Assembly (NCBI RefSeq): GCF_000143415.4
Contig: NW_003314371.1
Coordinates: 265,380-329,379 of the forward strand
DNA: 64,000 nucleotides
From: Selaginella moellendorffii
Taxonomy: Eukaryota > Plantae > Lycopodiophyta
Direction: 5' to 3'
Shown here: one piece after another, positions 1 through 12,986 of the stretch
How the letters are laid out: every line of letters starts with the position of its first letter
How positions within the stretch are numbered: position 1 is the first letter of the stretch
Made by a program: the position numbers and the translations under genes
The notes under the pieces: generated by a model
Told to the model about the DNA's origin: nothing
Databases searched by the model: none
What the model saw: only the letters and a program-made list of their open reading frames with translations

Positions 1-1463
1 AGGCCTGCCTCTCCTTGCGGAGCGCTCGCTGCGATTCCTCCACGCAAAGCTTGGCCGCCCGAGCCTTGTCCACTTCTCTCGTCAAGATCCCCTCGGACAC
101 ACCGCTCCACACGAGCGTCGACTCCATGGGTGATATTGCCTGTGGCCAACTTTGCGTTAGAGCAAGCTATGGCTAGAGGAAGAAGAAGAGGAAGAGTTTC
201 TTACGTTGAGGTTCTTCACTTGTGGAGGCCGGAGCTTCCCGACCACCGCCCTCGCATCATACAGTGTGCTCGTCGTGCCACTGGAGCTCTCCTTGAGATA
301 AACAAACCTGGAATTCGCGAGAGGAAGAATGGCGTGAGAAAGAATCGAGGAAAGAAAAGAAGAATGGAATTCGCGAGAGGAAGTAAGAAAGAAGAGAAGA
401 ATGGAATTCGCGACGAGAGGAGGAACAGCTTGAGTAAGAACAAAGAAGAGAAGAATGCGAGTGATTTTCTACTCACTGGTCCCAATTGCCATGGATTTCA
501 TAGAGCGTGTTCCCGGTGTTGGTGTCCCAGACCTTGCCACCGATCCTCCTGCTCGAGCCGTGTAATCCAAAGAATCCCTTGTTCTTGTACACGACCGTGG
601 CCTTGAGCCCCGTCTCGGCGCAGCTCACCGTGGTAGAGCCGCTCCAATCCGTGCCGGGCACGGGCAAGAACCGGAACCCCAGCTTGGGCGAGGTCATCTC
701 GTAGGATTCGCCGTGCCGCGCGAGCTTGAGGAGCCTGCGGCCTTGGATCGTGATATCGACGCCGCTGCCTGGAAGATCGAGCAAGAAAATGCATAAGAAA
801 TCCGGGATCCAAATCGCGCAAAGAGAGATCGCGATCGCACCATAGAACCTGGGAGACGCGTGGTGCCAGAATCGGAGCTGGAATCCCTTCTTCTCGTTCG
901 TGGCATAGAGCGCGCTCACGGGCGGATGGTGAGAGACCTAAAAAAATGGACGAAGCATATTAGAGGATATTCGCGCTTCTTCTTCTCACCTGTTCTAGGA
1001 GGACATTGAGATCGCCCACCGAGGCGTGGTGTGTCTCGCCCAGGATGGGGTTGTACGGCGCCTTGCCAAAGTGGGGCTGGCGAGTGGCGGAGATGTGCCA
1101 TCGCAGGGCGTGGAGGAAGCGATCCATGGGCGTGGCGGCGTCGGCGCATTGGGAGAGGATGTCCTGGGTGAAGCAGTAGACCATCTCGCCGTAGAGCTGG
1201 AGCTGCGACTTGGGGAAATTGAGGTGGACGGGCACCTGGAAGCGCGAGAGGTCGGCGCCCATGCCCTTGAACAGATCCAGGTAGCGCCCGATCCCGCCAA
1301 TCCTCGACGTCGCCGACTTGGCATCGTCCCCGCCGGGCGACGAATCCGACGCCTCCAGCTGCAGTGGCGGCGTGAGAACCGGCATTCTCGGGCGTGGGCG
1401 ATCTTCGGCGGCAGGGGCTGGATCGTGATCGGTGGCTTGCTGGAAGAATCCCAGGAGGCCCAT
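1..1463 (-). CDS. Oxysterol-binding protein-related protein (ORD-only, ORP4-like); multi-exon, 3' end runs off the window
   Basis: Spliced exons give DLSRFQVPVHLNFPKSQLQLYGE...KAPYNPILGETH...LLEQ|VSHHPPVSALY, the OSBP signature EQVSHHPP split by an intron at ~939-990. ATG at 1461-1463. Confidence 0.9.
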
Positions 1464-1671
1464 GCTACTGCACAGCTCCAGCGACATCCGTGCGCGGGAT
1501 GGGATAACGTTTCCGCGCACGAGCTATAGAGCTTGCAAAGGAAGAAAGATCGATTTCAAACGATCAATCGCGGGCGAGAGAGAGGAAGAGAAGCAATACC
1601 GGGATAGCTGGAATTCTGTGGGAATTTATCCTCAGGGCGACCCAGAGGTCCAAGAGACCTGATATAAAAAC

Positions 1672-1674
<3 letters not shown>

Positions 1675-1722
<48 letters not shown>
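1675..1722 (+). repeat. (GA)24 microsatellite upstream of the ORP gene
   Basis: Uninterrupted GA dinucleotide run. Confidence 0.95.
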
Positions 1723-1724
<2 letters not shown>

Positions 1725-2164
1725 CAAACAAGGGAAGGCGACAATAGGGCCAATTTGCGGTCACAAGCAAAGACGAGAACCCTCGATCGCGATCAATTTG
1801 ATCACGGTGTTCCTGGCGATGCCAATCAAGTGGCTATCCAAGTTACCGCGTTACTGCCAGCGTGGCTGTCCAGCGCGGAATTCCGGCGCTACGTGGCGCG
1901 AGCTGCGCCCGTCACAAGTGGCACTTTTAGGGCTCTTTTGGCGCTTTCTTCTTCCTCTTTCTGCGCTTTCTTCTTTTACATGGAGCTCGCATGAACAGAT
2001 CCTCTGCTTGATCGTATTGGGTTTTCTGGTGGGCATGTGAGCGCTGCGATTGCGAGAATTTTTTCCTCTGATCGATCGATCTGGGCGATTGCGATCGGAT
2101 GTTTATTCTAGAGAGTCACGAAGAACAGGGGCTGTACAGTGTTTTTCTAGAGGCGTAGCGCTAG

Positions 2165-5100
2165 CTATCGCACTTTGACTATAACGTCAGGCACCTCGAC
2201 ATCGTTGCCGTCGGCGTCTGTACAAGAGACTGAGAAGACGAGCTTGGTTTCCGTGGGTGGCACGGCCACCTTGCCGACGCTTGTCACCAGATCCAAGAGC
2301 GTCACTGGAAACCTGTCCTGGAGCTTCTTCCGCGGCAGAAACTCCGCGTAGAGCAGGCTTTTGCCGTAAGAAACCATTGTGATCTGGAAACGCACGAAAG
2401 AGAAGACAAACGTGAGACGAGAGCGGGCGGCAGGGAACAGTGGTGGCTTACTTCGAGGCCCTGCTGTTGCTTGAAGTTGAGCAGGAAGCTTTCCAGGGGC
2501 ATCCCCACGCAATCCATCTCGAACTTGTCCCACAGTGTCCAGTTGAGTAGGCCACCTTGCGATCGTGCAACCTGGAAACGTAAGCAAAGTCGTGAGCACG
2601 CAAGTTGGCTAGCTAGGAAATGCGTAGAGTACCGTATGCTCGAATGCTTTCATAGGTTGAGCGAAGCAAAAGAGTGGAACTGCCAAGTTGAAGTAGGAGT
2701 GCCTATAGTCACTCAGCGGCTTTTGCAGCAAGAGCTTGTAGAGCTCGAGACAGATCAAACCACCCACAACTGATGTGGACGTGATTATTGCAGGGATAAT
2801 GCCGCCCCCTATCAATCTCGCCTGCAAAAAAAAGTATACTTTTCTGATGAACAAAGAAGAAAAATGTACGAAAACCGACCTGTAACTTGGTACTTAACGG
2901 GATACCGTAGTTGTGTGCTCTTAGATTTGCAGCAGCTGCAATGAAATCGGCATGGAAGTTGTGTTCGTCATCTTTCTCAAACTCTAACGGTGTGAGGCGA
3001 TAACCCTGTAGAGAAAACAAGTGAGTGTCAGACGCAAAAGAGAAGTTTTGATTACCACAAGACTAGGAGGCGTTGGGAGCTCTTGAAGGATGGCTTCGCA
3101 AGCAGCGGTAGCATCACTGTCATCTTGACCCCTGCGTTGAGGATTCCGAACCTCACTGTCACTAACAGCAATTTTGATTCCTTCCTAATAGTTTCAAGTG
3201 TAAATGTGAATACACAAGAAAGAGCAGGAGATTAAGCGAGGTTTACCTTGGGCTGGAAGTGCGGAACAGCAACTCTTTGTACGATATCCACAAAGAGCGA
3301 ATGATCACGGCAACCCTTCAGGCCATATACGGTGGCCTGTAGATTCGCGGCCGCGATAATAAAATCCATGTGTAGGGGGTCCGAAGGATGGAAAGCCAAG
3401 GGCGTTGGGATTCGCTTCGTGCCACTCCAAAAAGGAGTGCCCGCTGAAGTTGTCATTCCAGCCGGGAAGTTATACAGCAGCTGCATGCAAAGTCTCCAAG
3501 TTAAAAGGAAAGAAAAACAAAGAAGTTTACGGACAATACCTGCTTGATATTGTTGGTGAAAAGCTCTTCAAACTGAAGACGAGCCCATTGCACACAAGCA
3601 TCAAAGCTGCAAACAAACATGTCAATCCATGGCGCACGAAGAACTCGGAAAGCGAGTACCTCAATGGTCTTTGTAGCACGAGAGCGTCCCTCAGAGTTTC
3701 GAGGATGGGAAGCCTCGTCGATGCAGGTGATTTCCGCATAGAGTCCTGAAAATCTCTCTTTGAAAGGTATGAGTTCACATCCACCGGCCGCTGTTTGAAC
3801 AGCGCTTCAAAAGTTTCCACGGCCCACTTAAGCGTATGCTCAGGTGCATACGGGAAGTTTTTCAAGGTACAGATTGGGAACTCTCTGTGCTCTGGTGGAT
3901 CTCGAGTGGACGCATACATCTCCGACTGGAAAGGCACAAAGACCTGCGCATAACAGTGTCTGTAAAATAACAATAGGCCTTAAGCTGTTTGTTCGACTGT
4001 ATTACCTGAACGCTACCTTTGGCTCCATGCTTTCCCCCGTCAATCAGAGGCCTTCTATAGTTTACGCAACGCATGTCAATGTACAGCCTCGACGTAGAAT
4101 TGTCCACAGCAGATATCACTCCTGCATGACACCGACTTTTCACGTTAGTAGAAACGATAAACCAAAGTATATAACTAGCTCACCAGTCATCGACTCAAAG
4201 AACGAAGTGTCAAAAAGGCTCTCTGATGAAGCATCAAACTTTTCTTGTAGTGCGTGAATCTGAGCAGCAGGATTTATCCTTCGTAAAGCTCTTGCTGCTG
4301 TCGGAGTTTTGGGTCTGTCTAAGTCGTCTATATGGTACAAAGCTTGATCTACTAGATTTGCCTTGGACACAGAATCCATGTCCGTCATAACAATGCGCCC
4401 ACTAGTTCCACAACCCACACCCATCAAAACAAGATTTTTCAAAACCTCGGAGCCTATTCCTCCAGCTCCCACAACCAGCCACTGAAACAGAAAAAACAAA
4501 AAACACAAGGACAGAGCATGTCAGCCAAATGCAAAGGACAAAACGGTCTATACAGCAAACCTGCGAAGAGCTAAGCTTTTGCTGAAACTCTCGGCCAAAG
4601 AGCGCCGCCTGGGAATCATACCGTGATCCCAGCGGGGTGCGTTCTTCCAAAGACGAAGACTTAAGCGGCAAACACTCCGTTGCATCAAAGTAAAACCACT
4701 GATGCACTGGCATAAAAACCTTGGACAAAGCCTGCAAAAAGGAACGGAAATCAGCAACCAACTTTGTCGGAAACTGGAACCAAACCTTGATGGCTTCCTG
4801 TGCAGCTATGCCTCCAGTGATGGCCACGATGGGACAAATCTCCACAGAACCTCCCTGTGCTACCAGCTTCACTAGTTCCTCGTCCAGCCCGGACGTCCCA
4901 TCTCTTCTTCCTGCACCTGAATCCGATGAGCAAGCTTCCTCGTTCGCGCTACTAGAGCTGTCGGCATCTCTCTTTCCCGTGGCCGAGGAGGAAGTCACAC
5001 CAGACTTGGAACGATCCAAGTCGGGAGTTTTGCACGAAAAATCTCCATTCTCTTGCAGCGAGCCGCCGGGGGAAGCCCGAAGCCACATTTCTCTAGCCAG

Positions 5101-6111
5101 CTTCACCACCTCCTCGGCATCAGCATCCTCGAGAGTTGAGCCAGCTCCCGTAGAAGACAACCCGTGCTGCCTCTCGTACTCGTCCGCGGCTTGGAACGCA
5201 ATGTGGAGGCATGGTGTCCGGCCTGCCTTTGCCGGATCGCTGATGCAAAACTCCGGCGAGTTGATGGACTTGTCCATCGGAAGAAAGCTCATCTTCTTCA
5301 CAGGCCTCTTCTTGTGGAAGTATCCCCCGGACACATACCTGTTGAATCCCCGAGTATCCTCCGGGATGGTGAAGGAGCAAGAGCCCGTGACCGTGACTGG
5401 ATACGAAGCCCTGTGGTTGAGCTCCTCCATCCCAGAGATCCCACTAAAAACCACCTCGTCCCCGTCTTCCAGGCCGTGCCTTTGCTCCTCCACCACTGTG
5501 ACAGTCGCTGGAGAGTCCTGCGTAATGCCCTCGACCAGCACGGGCGAAACAGGCTCGCCGGTCTCGTCCAGCACGGAGAAACACTCTCCCAGGTCAACGA
5601 AGACGAAGGAGAAGACCCCCCGAGAGATGGCGGCGACGAGCATCACCCCGGCCTCTCGGCACATCCGGTTGACGTGAGCGATGTAGGGGAGAGTCCCCAT
5701 GGTGACGACAAGGAGCTGGAAGTCCTTGAGCGAGCTCTCCAGCGCGGCCTCGGAGATGGCTATGGCGTCCACGCAAGGGCTGAGCTCTCGCAGAGTCCTG
5801 GCCGTGGCCACTGCTCTGTTCGACCCGACATCGCCCTCTTTGAGCAGCATCTGGCATCCCAAATCCTCCACGCACACCGTGCCTTCGTCCACCAATCCCA
5901 CGCTGGCGACGCCCGAGAGCGCCAGGTTCTTGGCGACCTCGGCGCCCATGCCGCGGCAGCCCAGCACCAAAACTCTGCTGCTCGACAGCCACTCCACGGC
6001 CTTCCTGCCAATGCTGTGCATCAATCGCGAGTAGAGTACCTCGTCCATGGTGTCCGACACCGTCGACGCCGGGCGGCCGACCCCGACGCGATCCAATTCC
6101 ATGGTCACCAT
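2165..6111 (-). CDS. Ubiquitin-activating enzyme E1 (UBA1-type architecture, divergent); multi-exon
   Basis: Inactive adenylation domain (DEVLYSRL...[22 protein letters not shown]), FCCH (RHGLEDGD), active adenylation domain ([15 protein letters not shown]), catalytic [38 protein letters not shown] and a C-terminal UFD ending [12 protein letters not shown]. First ATG at 6109-6111. Confidence 0.9.
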
Positions 6112-6418
6112 CGCCGTGCTCTCCTCCAAACCCTAAATCCTCCTCTGCCCTAAATCAGTTACCTTTAAGAACTTTTAACCATAAACCTCTAGGTTTTAAG
6201 TCTTGGTAATTAAAATATCCGTTATATTAATATTATTCTTATTTTATTTATTATTACTTTTATTTTTTATAATAAGAAAACTTTTTTTTTTTTTGCCTTT
6301 TTATGTGTTTAACCTCATTTTAATTTTCCGAAGTTTCTGCGTTTTTAGTGTTTAAATGTTTGTGAACCTCTTCTAAATTTAAGCCTCTTAAAATCTTCCT
6401 GCTTTCTCTCTTCGAAGA

Positions 6419-7121
6419 ATGCTGCTCCGGCGATGGCGCTTGCTCGTCGCTGTGGCAACTCTCGCGATTGGAATGGTGATATGGACCTCGACACTGTCTC
6501 CAAAGAGGCCACTCGTCATGCTCAAGGTGAGATAGCTCCGCCTTGTTTGATCGATCGATTGATCCCAGCTTTGCTCGTATCATAGAGCATCAAGATCAAC
6601 TACTGGAATGTTTCCATGGGCCACGACTCGCGAGGGCTGCCAACCAGCCTCCTCGCCTCCAAATCCACAGTGGTGCTCAAGATCACAAATGGCGACGATT
6701 TCTGGGGCTACAGCATCAAAGGCCTCATGACAATGAACATCTTTCTCCGCGAGATCTCCTCCACAACCGTAAGAATCTCTCCAAAAGTCCCGCAAACTTT
6801 TTGATTCTCTCTCTCTCTCTCTCGCTCCAGATCGGTCAATTCTACGAGCCGCGCAAGACCACCACCGAAGTGACCGTGGAGCTGCGATCGAGCTCCACCC
6901 CACTCTATGGAGCGTCGCCCAGCGTCGCTTACGGCGATGGCGATGAATTCTACATCTTCTTCGAGGCGGCATTGCAAACCGAGGCTGGATTCTTGCCCTT
7001 CATGTACAAGTACACATTCACGGACATTGTCACTTGTACGCTCACTGGCACAAGCGCCGGCCCTAATCGCAACCTCGCCATCGTTTCCACTGGCCATTCT
7101 TGCCCACGCCTGGACGAATAG
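6419..7121 (+). CDS. LEA_2/NHL-like membrane-anchored protein (3 exons)
   Basis: Exons translate MLLRRWRLLVAVATLAIGMVIWT (TM)...PLVMLK / SIKINYWNVSMGHDSRGLPTSLL... / IGQFYEPRKTTTEVTVELRSSSTPLYGA, resembling LEA_2 proteins with G.D..GVPT and FYQPRKS...PLYG motifs. GT-AG introns. Confidence 0.6.
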
Positions 7122-7250
7122 AAGAGAGTTTTACCTTCTAGCAAGAGCTTGTCTGTCCTGCCAAATATTATAGGGCTTTGTGGCAAGTGCGCGAATCGAT
7201 CGCGATCGATAGGTTTGCTTGATTGATGCGAGCATTGGATCGGAGCGAGC

Positions 7251-10200
7251 ATGGAGTCGAGCGATCTCCGCCAGCGCCTCCTTCCAGGCGATGAGGTACG
7301 GCGCAAGAATCTCAATCACAGCGCAGGGGAATCGATCACGCCGTATGCCTCGGCCGGATTGGCGAGCCGGGCTTTCTTCCTGTGGCTCAATCCCGTGCTG
7401 GCGCTGGGCTACAAGGCGCCGCTGGAGCCGGCCGACATTCCAGCGCTCGCGCCGGAGGATGGATCGCGGGAGGCGTGCAATCAGCTCTCCAGGGCGTGGG
7501 ATTTCGAGCGGCGGCGGCGAGGGATCGACGGCGCGTCGCTCTCCAGCGCGCTTGCGCGGTGCTACTGGAAGGAGATGGCGGCGGCCGGGGTCTTCGCCTT
7601 TCTCAAGTCGGTGACGCTCTCGGTCGGGCCGCTGGTTCTCAACTCCTTCATCGCTTTCGCCAATGGGAGAGTCCTCTTCAAAGGCGAAGGCTACGTCCTG
7701 GTGGCGGCCTTGTTCCTCGCCAAGATGGTCGAGTCCATCTCCCAGCGGCACTGGTACTTTGCGAGCCGGCGAGTGGGGATGCGAGCTCGCGCCGCGCTGA
7801 TTGGAGCCATCTACGAGAAGGAGCTCAAGCTCTCCAACCTGGGAAGACAGTCCCACGCCGCTGGAGAGATCGTCAACTACATGGCGGTGGACGCCTACCG
7901 CGTCGGCGAGTTCCCTTACTGGTTCCATATGGCCTGGACGGTTCCACTGCAGATCTTCATCGCCATGGGGATCATCTATTTCTCGGTGGGACTGGCTACG
8001 TTCGCGGGGCTGGCAGTCATCTTTCTTACGATGTTCTTGAACGGGCCGGTGGTGAGGATACAGCAAAAGTGTCAGGCCATGCTCATGGCTGCGCAAGACG
8101 AGCGGCTGCGAGCAACGTCGGAGGCTCTCAGGAACATGAAGATTCTCAAGCTGCAAGCTTGGGAGGACAAGTTCATGGCCGCGATCCAGAACCTCCGAGA
8201 CGCTGAGTTCCAGTGGATACGAGGAGTGCAGTACCGGAGGACTCTAAACTCCATATTCTTCTGGGTGTCGCCGATCCTGGTCACGACTTCCACCTTCGTG
8301 GCGGCGTACTTACTCGGGATTCCTCTGTCTGCCAGCAATGTGTTCACGGCTCTCGCGACGCTGCGGATTATCCAGGAGAGCATACGCCTCGTTCCGGACG
8401 TGATCTCCGCCTTTGTCAACGTGAGGGTGTCACTAGCTCGCATTTCTCGCTTTCTTGGCGAGGACGAGCTAGACCCCAGCATAGTCTCGAGATCGTCCTC
8501 CCGTGACAACGAGGTTGCAGTTCGCATTGAACACGCGGATTTCGACTGGGACAGTGATGAGCTTATTCCCACTCTCAAGGACATTACCTTGACTGTCAAG
8601 CGTGGAGAGAAGCTGGCGGTTTGCGGAGAAGTTGGATCCGGGAAGTCTACTCTTTTGCATGCAATTCTTGGGGAACTTCCCAAGCTTCGTGGAACGGTAC
8701 ATATGCTCGCAGTGTTCTTCCAGCTCTTCATTTATTTCTTTTTGCCTTTCAGATTCACGTGTCTGGAAGTGTTGCTTATGTCGCTCAGTCAGCGTGGATC
8801 CAGAGCGGAACGATTCGAGACAATATACTCTTTGGTCTTCCACTTGAAAACGACCGGTATATCATGACGCTCAGAGCTTGCGCTCTAGATAAGGATCTCG
8901 AGAACTTACAGTTTGGGGACCTCACGGAGATTGGCGAGAGGGGCTTGAACGTGAGCGGAGGCCAAAAGCAACGGATACAGCTTGCTCGCGCTATTTACCA
9001 GGATGCGGATGTTTACCTCTTGGACGATCCCTTCAGTGCAGTGGACGCTCAGACAGGAGCTCTACTTCTTAAGGTGATTTGGATCGTGCTGCTCTAACTG
9101 TATCTTTTAATATATTTGTGCAGAACTGCATATTAGGGGCTTTGTCGGCAAAGACAATCATCCTTGTCACCCACCAAGTCGACTTTCTGCCAATATTTGA
9201 TTCCATTTTGGTACGATTTTGTTCTTGATATTTTATTCCTGCTCGTTTTCTCATCTCTCTCTGCAGTTGCTGCACGACGGCGAGATACACAGCTTCGGAA
9301 AGTATGAAGATTTATTAAAAGAAAGCGAGCTCTTCCAAGACCTTGTTGGTGCCCACAAGGATGTCATGGGAACTCGAGCCCAGGGGCCCGAGAAACGGGT
9401 GCTGGACAGAAGGCTGAGCAGCAAAAATTCTCAAAAGAGGAAACACGACCAAGAACAAGTGGCAGACAGAATAAAAGGCGACCAACTGATCAAACTGGAA
9501 GAAGTTGAGCGTGGAGACACTGGAATGAGGCCGTATATCTATTATCTCGGCCAGGCCAACGGGTTTTTGTACATCGGGTTGGCGGTGCTAGTTTATCTCG
9601 TCTTCACTGGGGGGCAGCTTTCGTCAAACTGGTGGATGGCATCACATGTTGGAAATCCAAACGTCTCAGCTGGTCGATTGGTCGGAATATATGCAGCCAT
9701 TGGACTCAGCACAGTGCCGTTTGTCAACCTGAGATCTCTTTTTACTGTCACCATGGGACTAGAGGCTTCAAAATCCTTCTTCTCGGAGCTCACAGCCTCC
9801 CTGTTTCGCGCTCCAATGTCGTTCTTCGATAGCACTCCAACGGGGCGAATACTCAGCCGGGTATGCTTGATTGTTTTTGTCGTCGTCAATTGTTCTCACA
9901 CCTTTTTTGTTGTATTGGCAGCTATCTGTGGATTTGAGTATTCTCGATGTCGACATTCCTTTCAGCATGCAGATTGCTATGTCTGCAACTCTAAATGCCT
10001 ATAGCAGCCTGGCGGTCACAGCAGCGGTCACTTGGCAGATTTTGATCGTGGTCATCCCCGTAATATATATCAGCAGGAGACTCCAGGTAACAAACTATTC
10101 CATTGTTTCTTGTATTTACTCTAGATGCAGCTCTACTACTTGGCTTCGGCTAGAGACTTGATGAGAATTCACGGTACAACGAAATCGCCACTAGCCAGCT

Positions 10201-11646
10201 ACTTGCAAGAGACTATCGCAGGTGCTTCGACGATACGATCTTATTGTAAGGAAAAGCTTTTTATGGAGAAGATGCTACAACTTGTGGATGACAATTCAGG
10301 ACCTGCATTCTATAGCAACGCAGCCAATGAATGGCTGATCCAGCGCCTAGAGACACTCTGGTCATTAATCGTGTGCTGCTCGGCTCTTGTAATGGTGATA
10401 CTTCCCTCTGGTCAAATTTCAGCAGGTATAGTTTTGCCATTTCTGGAGGACTACCTGCTAATAGCAATTTTTGTAACAGGATTTGCTGGTCTGGCGATTT
10501 CATATGGTCTGTCCTTGAACGTTGCACAGGTGATAAGTGTGCAAAATCAGTGTAATCTGGCCAATTTTATCGTATCTGTGGAGCGTATCAAGCAGTACCT
10601 GCATCTTCCACGTGAAGAACCTCAGACAAACATTCTAAATGAGCCTCCTGCGAGCTGGCCAGACTGCGGTAAAATTGAGCTTCAAAATCTTCAGGTAGAA
10701 CAAAAGAAAAGCATCCGACTATTTTGTATTGATGAACGTTCGTTTTCTTTTCATTATCTGCAGATTAGATATGTGCCAGGATCTCCACTAGTTCTAAAAG
10801 GGATTTCCTGCACATTTGAGGGTGGTCAAAGGGTCGGCATTGTCGGGCGAACAGGGAGTGGCAAAACCACTCTAATCAGCGCTTTGTTTCGTCTAGTTGA
10901 ACCAGCAGGAGGGACAATAGTTATCGATGGTGTTGACATAACCAAAGTTCCACTTAAAGTTCTTCGTTCCAGGCTCAGTATAATCCCTCAAGAGCCAACA
11001 TTATTTCGTGGTACAGTCCGTTTTAATGTGGATCCATTGGAGGAGCATCCGGACACCTTGATTTGGGAGGTAAAATAATTCCGTATGGTTCTTTGTCCTC
11101 CTCTAAATCATTATTCGTCACGTAGGTGCTTGAAAAATGCCACCTTCGCGAGAGCATAAAAGAGAAGCCAGGAAAGCTCAGCTCATTGGGTAAGCTCTGA
11201 TCAAACTCTCAATTTCGTTATGGAAATGACGTTCATCTTTGCAGTTGGAGACGATGGTGAAAACTGGAGCGTCGGGCAGCGCCAATTGTTCTGTTTAGCT
11301 CGAGCGCTACTTAAAAAGAGCCGCATCCTCGTCTTGGATGAAGCGACAGCTTCCATTGACAACGCTACCGATGCCATCCTTCAAAAACTTCTAAGAGAGG
11401 AGTTTTCGGATTGCACCGTCATAACTGTAGCTCACAGGATTCCCACGGTCATTGACAGTGACATGGTCTTGGCTCTGAGAGATGGTAAGCTTGTGAACCT
11501 TGTTTGTTGTCCAGCCAACCTTGCTCCTTTGGTTGGCAGGTATTGTAGCTGAGTTCGACGTGCCGGAGAAGCTCCTGAATGATCGAACCTCGCTCTTTGC
11601 AAAGCTTGTGGCCGAGTACTGGTCTAGCGCTCAGCAAAATCACTAA
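7251..11646 (+). CDS. ABC transporter C family (MRP), TMD1-NBD1-TMD2-NBD2; multi-exon
   Basis: Walker A motifs GEVGSGKS and GRTGSGKT, signatures [14 protein letters not shown] and [38 protein letters not shown]. Stop TAA at 11644-11646. Confidence 0.95.
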
Positions 11647-11728
11647 GGTTGATCAATTATGAGAATAAGATGCACTGTTACTAAGGGTACATATTTTGCA
11701 ATTGGGGCTTTCTGTTCTTCAGCTCGAA

Positions 11729-12986
11729 ATGCCGCTCAAGTACGTTTCTGTGATAGGTGAGGAAATGCCCATATCTTCTCTCTTCCAACTAAGGCCTTTC
11801 ACAGGCACTGGCGCCTCCCTAGAATGCCAAGAAATTGCTCGGCAGTTTAGACTACAGTATGTTTGCTCGAAGGATCTCATCGATTCTGCGGGGTCTGTTC
11901 TAGAATCATCGTTTACAATTTCAACATTTGTAGCTCTTGTGCCTTTCCAGGACAACTGCAGCTGAATCAAAAGTCGATTTTCTTGCAAATGCGATGAACA
12001 AGAGCGGGTCGAAAAACTTTGTGATTGAGGACTTCCCCGGTACTCTCCAAGATTACCTCGTGTTTGAGCAAAAGGTTCGCAAAGCATGTTTTTATCATCT
12101 TTTTCGTTTCTCACTTCTTTGCTAACAGACTGGATTGATTCCCGAATTCGTGCTCTGCTTGGTAAGTTCTCTAGTAGTACGTGCTTTAGTAATCAGCTTT
12201 TACAGGAGGTTCCAGGGCAGCAAAATGGTTGTGAACCAACGCTTCTGCAGCATTACGAGAGTAATGGACTGCTCAGAAAAGTATTCCTTTTCTTTGGTTT
12301 TTCCATAGATCTTACTATGTTTGTTCTAGATCAATCCTTCAAATTTCCATGCGGAGTTAAAAAAGGTTATGTTCGCTCCACTTCTTCAGGTTCGTTACTC
12401 TTTTTCATATTCTAACAAAGGTGCTGACCTCTCGTAATCGTGTGTAGAATGAACTCCTTGAGCTCTCCGAGGAGCTATTGCGAGCCATTGACGACGGGGA
12501 CTATGGAACGTATGAGAAACTTTGTGACACTGGATTGACAGCATTCGAACCAGAAGCACAAGGCATGGTTTTTGTTAAATCTTTCTTCTTGCTCGCGGAC
12601 TAAGTAGATCCAAACAGGGCAATTGGTGGAGGGACTCCCATTCCACAAGTTCTACTTCGACATGAGACAATCAGGGAACTTTTCGCAAAGAGTCTCCACG
12701 ATTGCGGCTCCCAAAGTTATGCTCCTGTCGGGCGACGTTGCTCTCGTGACGTACACGAGGCTCATGCAAGCCATTGGCACACCACTGGCTGGGTATGTGG
12801 ATGCATACAACGAGACTCGCCTGTGGAAGCTGAGCAAAACCAAGGCAGATGAATGGGCATGGAAGCATATACATTTCCACCGCTCAAGGTGTCCTACAAA
12901 TGCAGAGTTTTACAAGGTTAGCATGCAGCAAACACTGCTTTAGTTCTTATCTCTCAACGCTACTCGTCGCGCAGGTCAATCGCTAA
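11729..12986 (+). CDS. Degenerate adenylate/NMP-kinase-like domain fused to a CaMKII association (hub) domain; multi-exon
   Basis: N-terminal exons read VSVIG|PFTGTGASLECQEIARQFRLQYVCSKDLI, NFVIEDFPGTLQDYLVFEQK and EPTLLQHYESNGLLRK (AK-like pattern). C-terminal exons read [51 protein letters not shown]...VALVTYTRLMQ...NETRLW...HIHFHRS (CaMKII hub). Start exon uncertain. Confidence 0.75.

Noticed and set aside
306-460. Three repeats of tggaattcgcga with spacer-like sequence and the Lys/Glu-rich ORF 130-606
   Set aside because: A degenerate purine-rich repeat inside an ORP intron. It is not CRISPR-like, and the ORF is an antisense by-product.
4721-8731. Long overlapping antisense and alternate-frame ORFs (318, 329, 341, 274, 219 aa)
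   Set aside because: Shadow ORFs of the GC-rich E1 and ABCC exons with no independent motifs.
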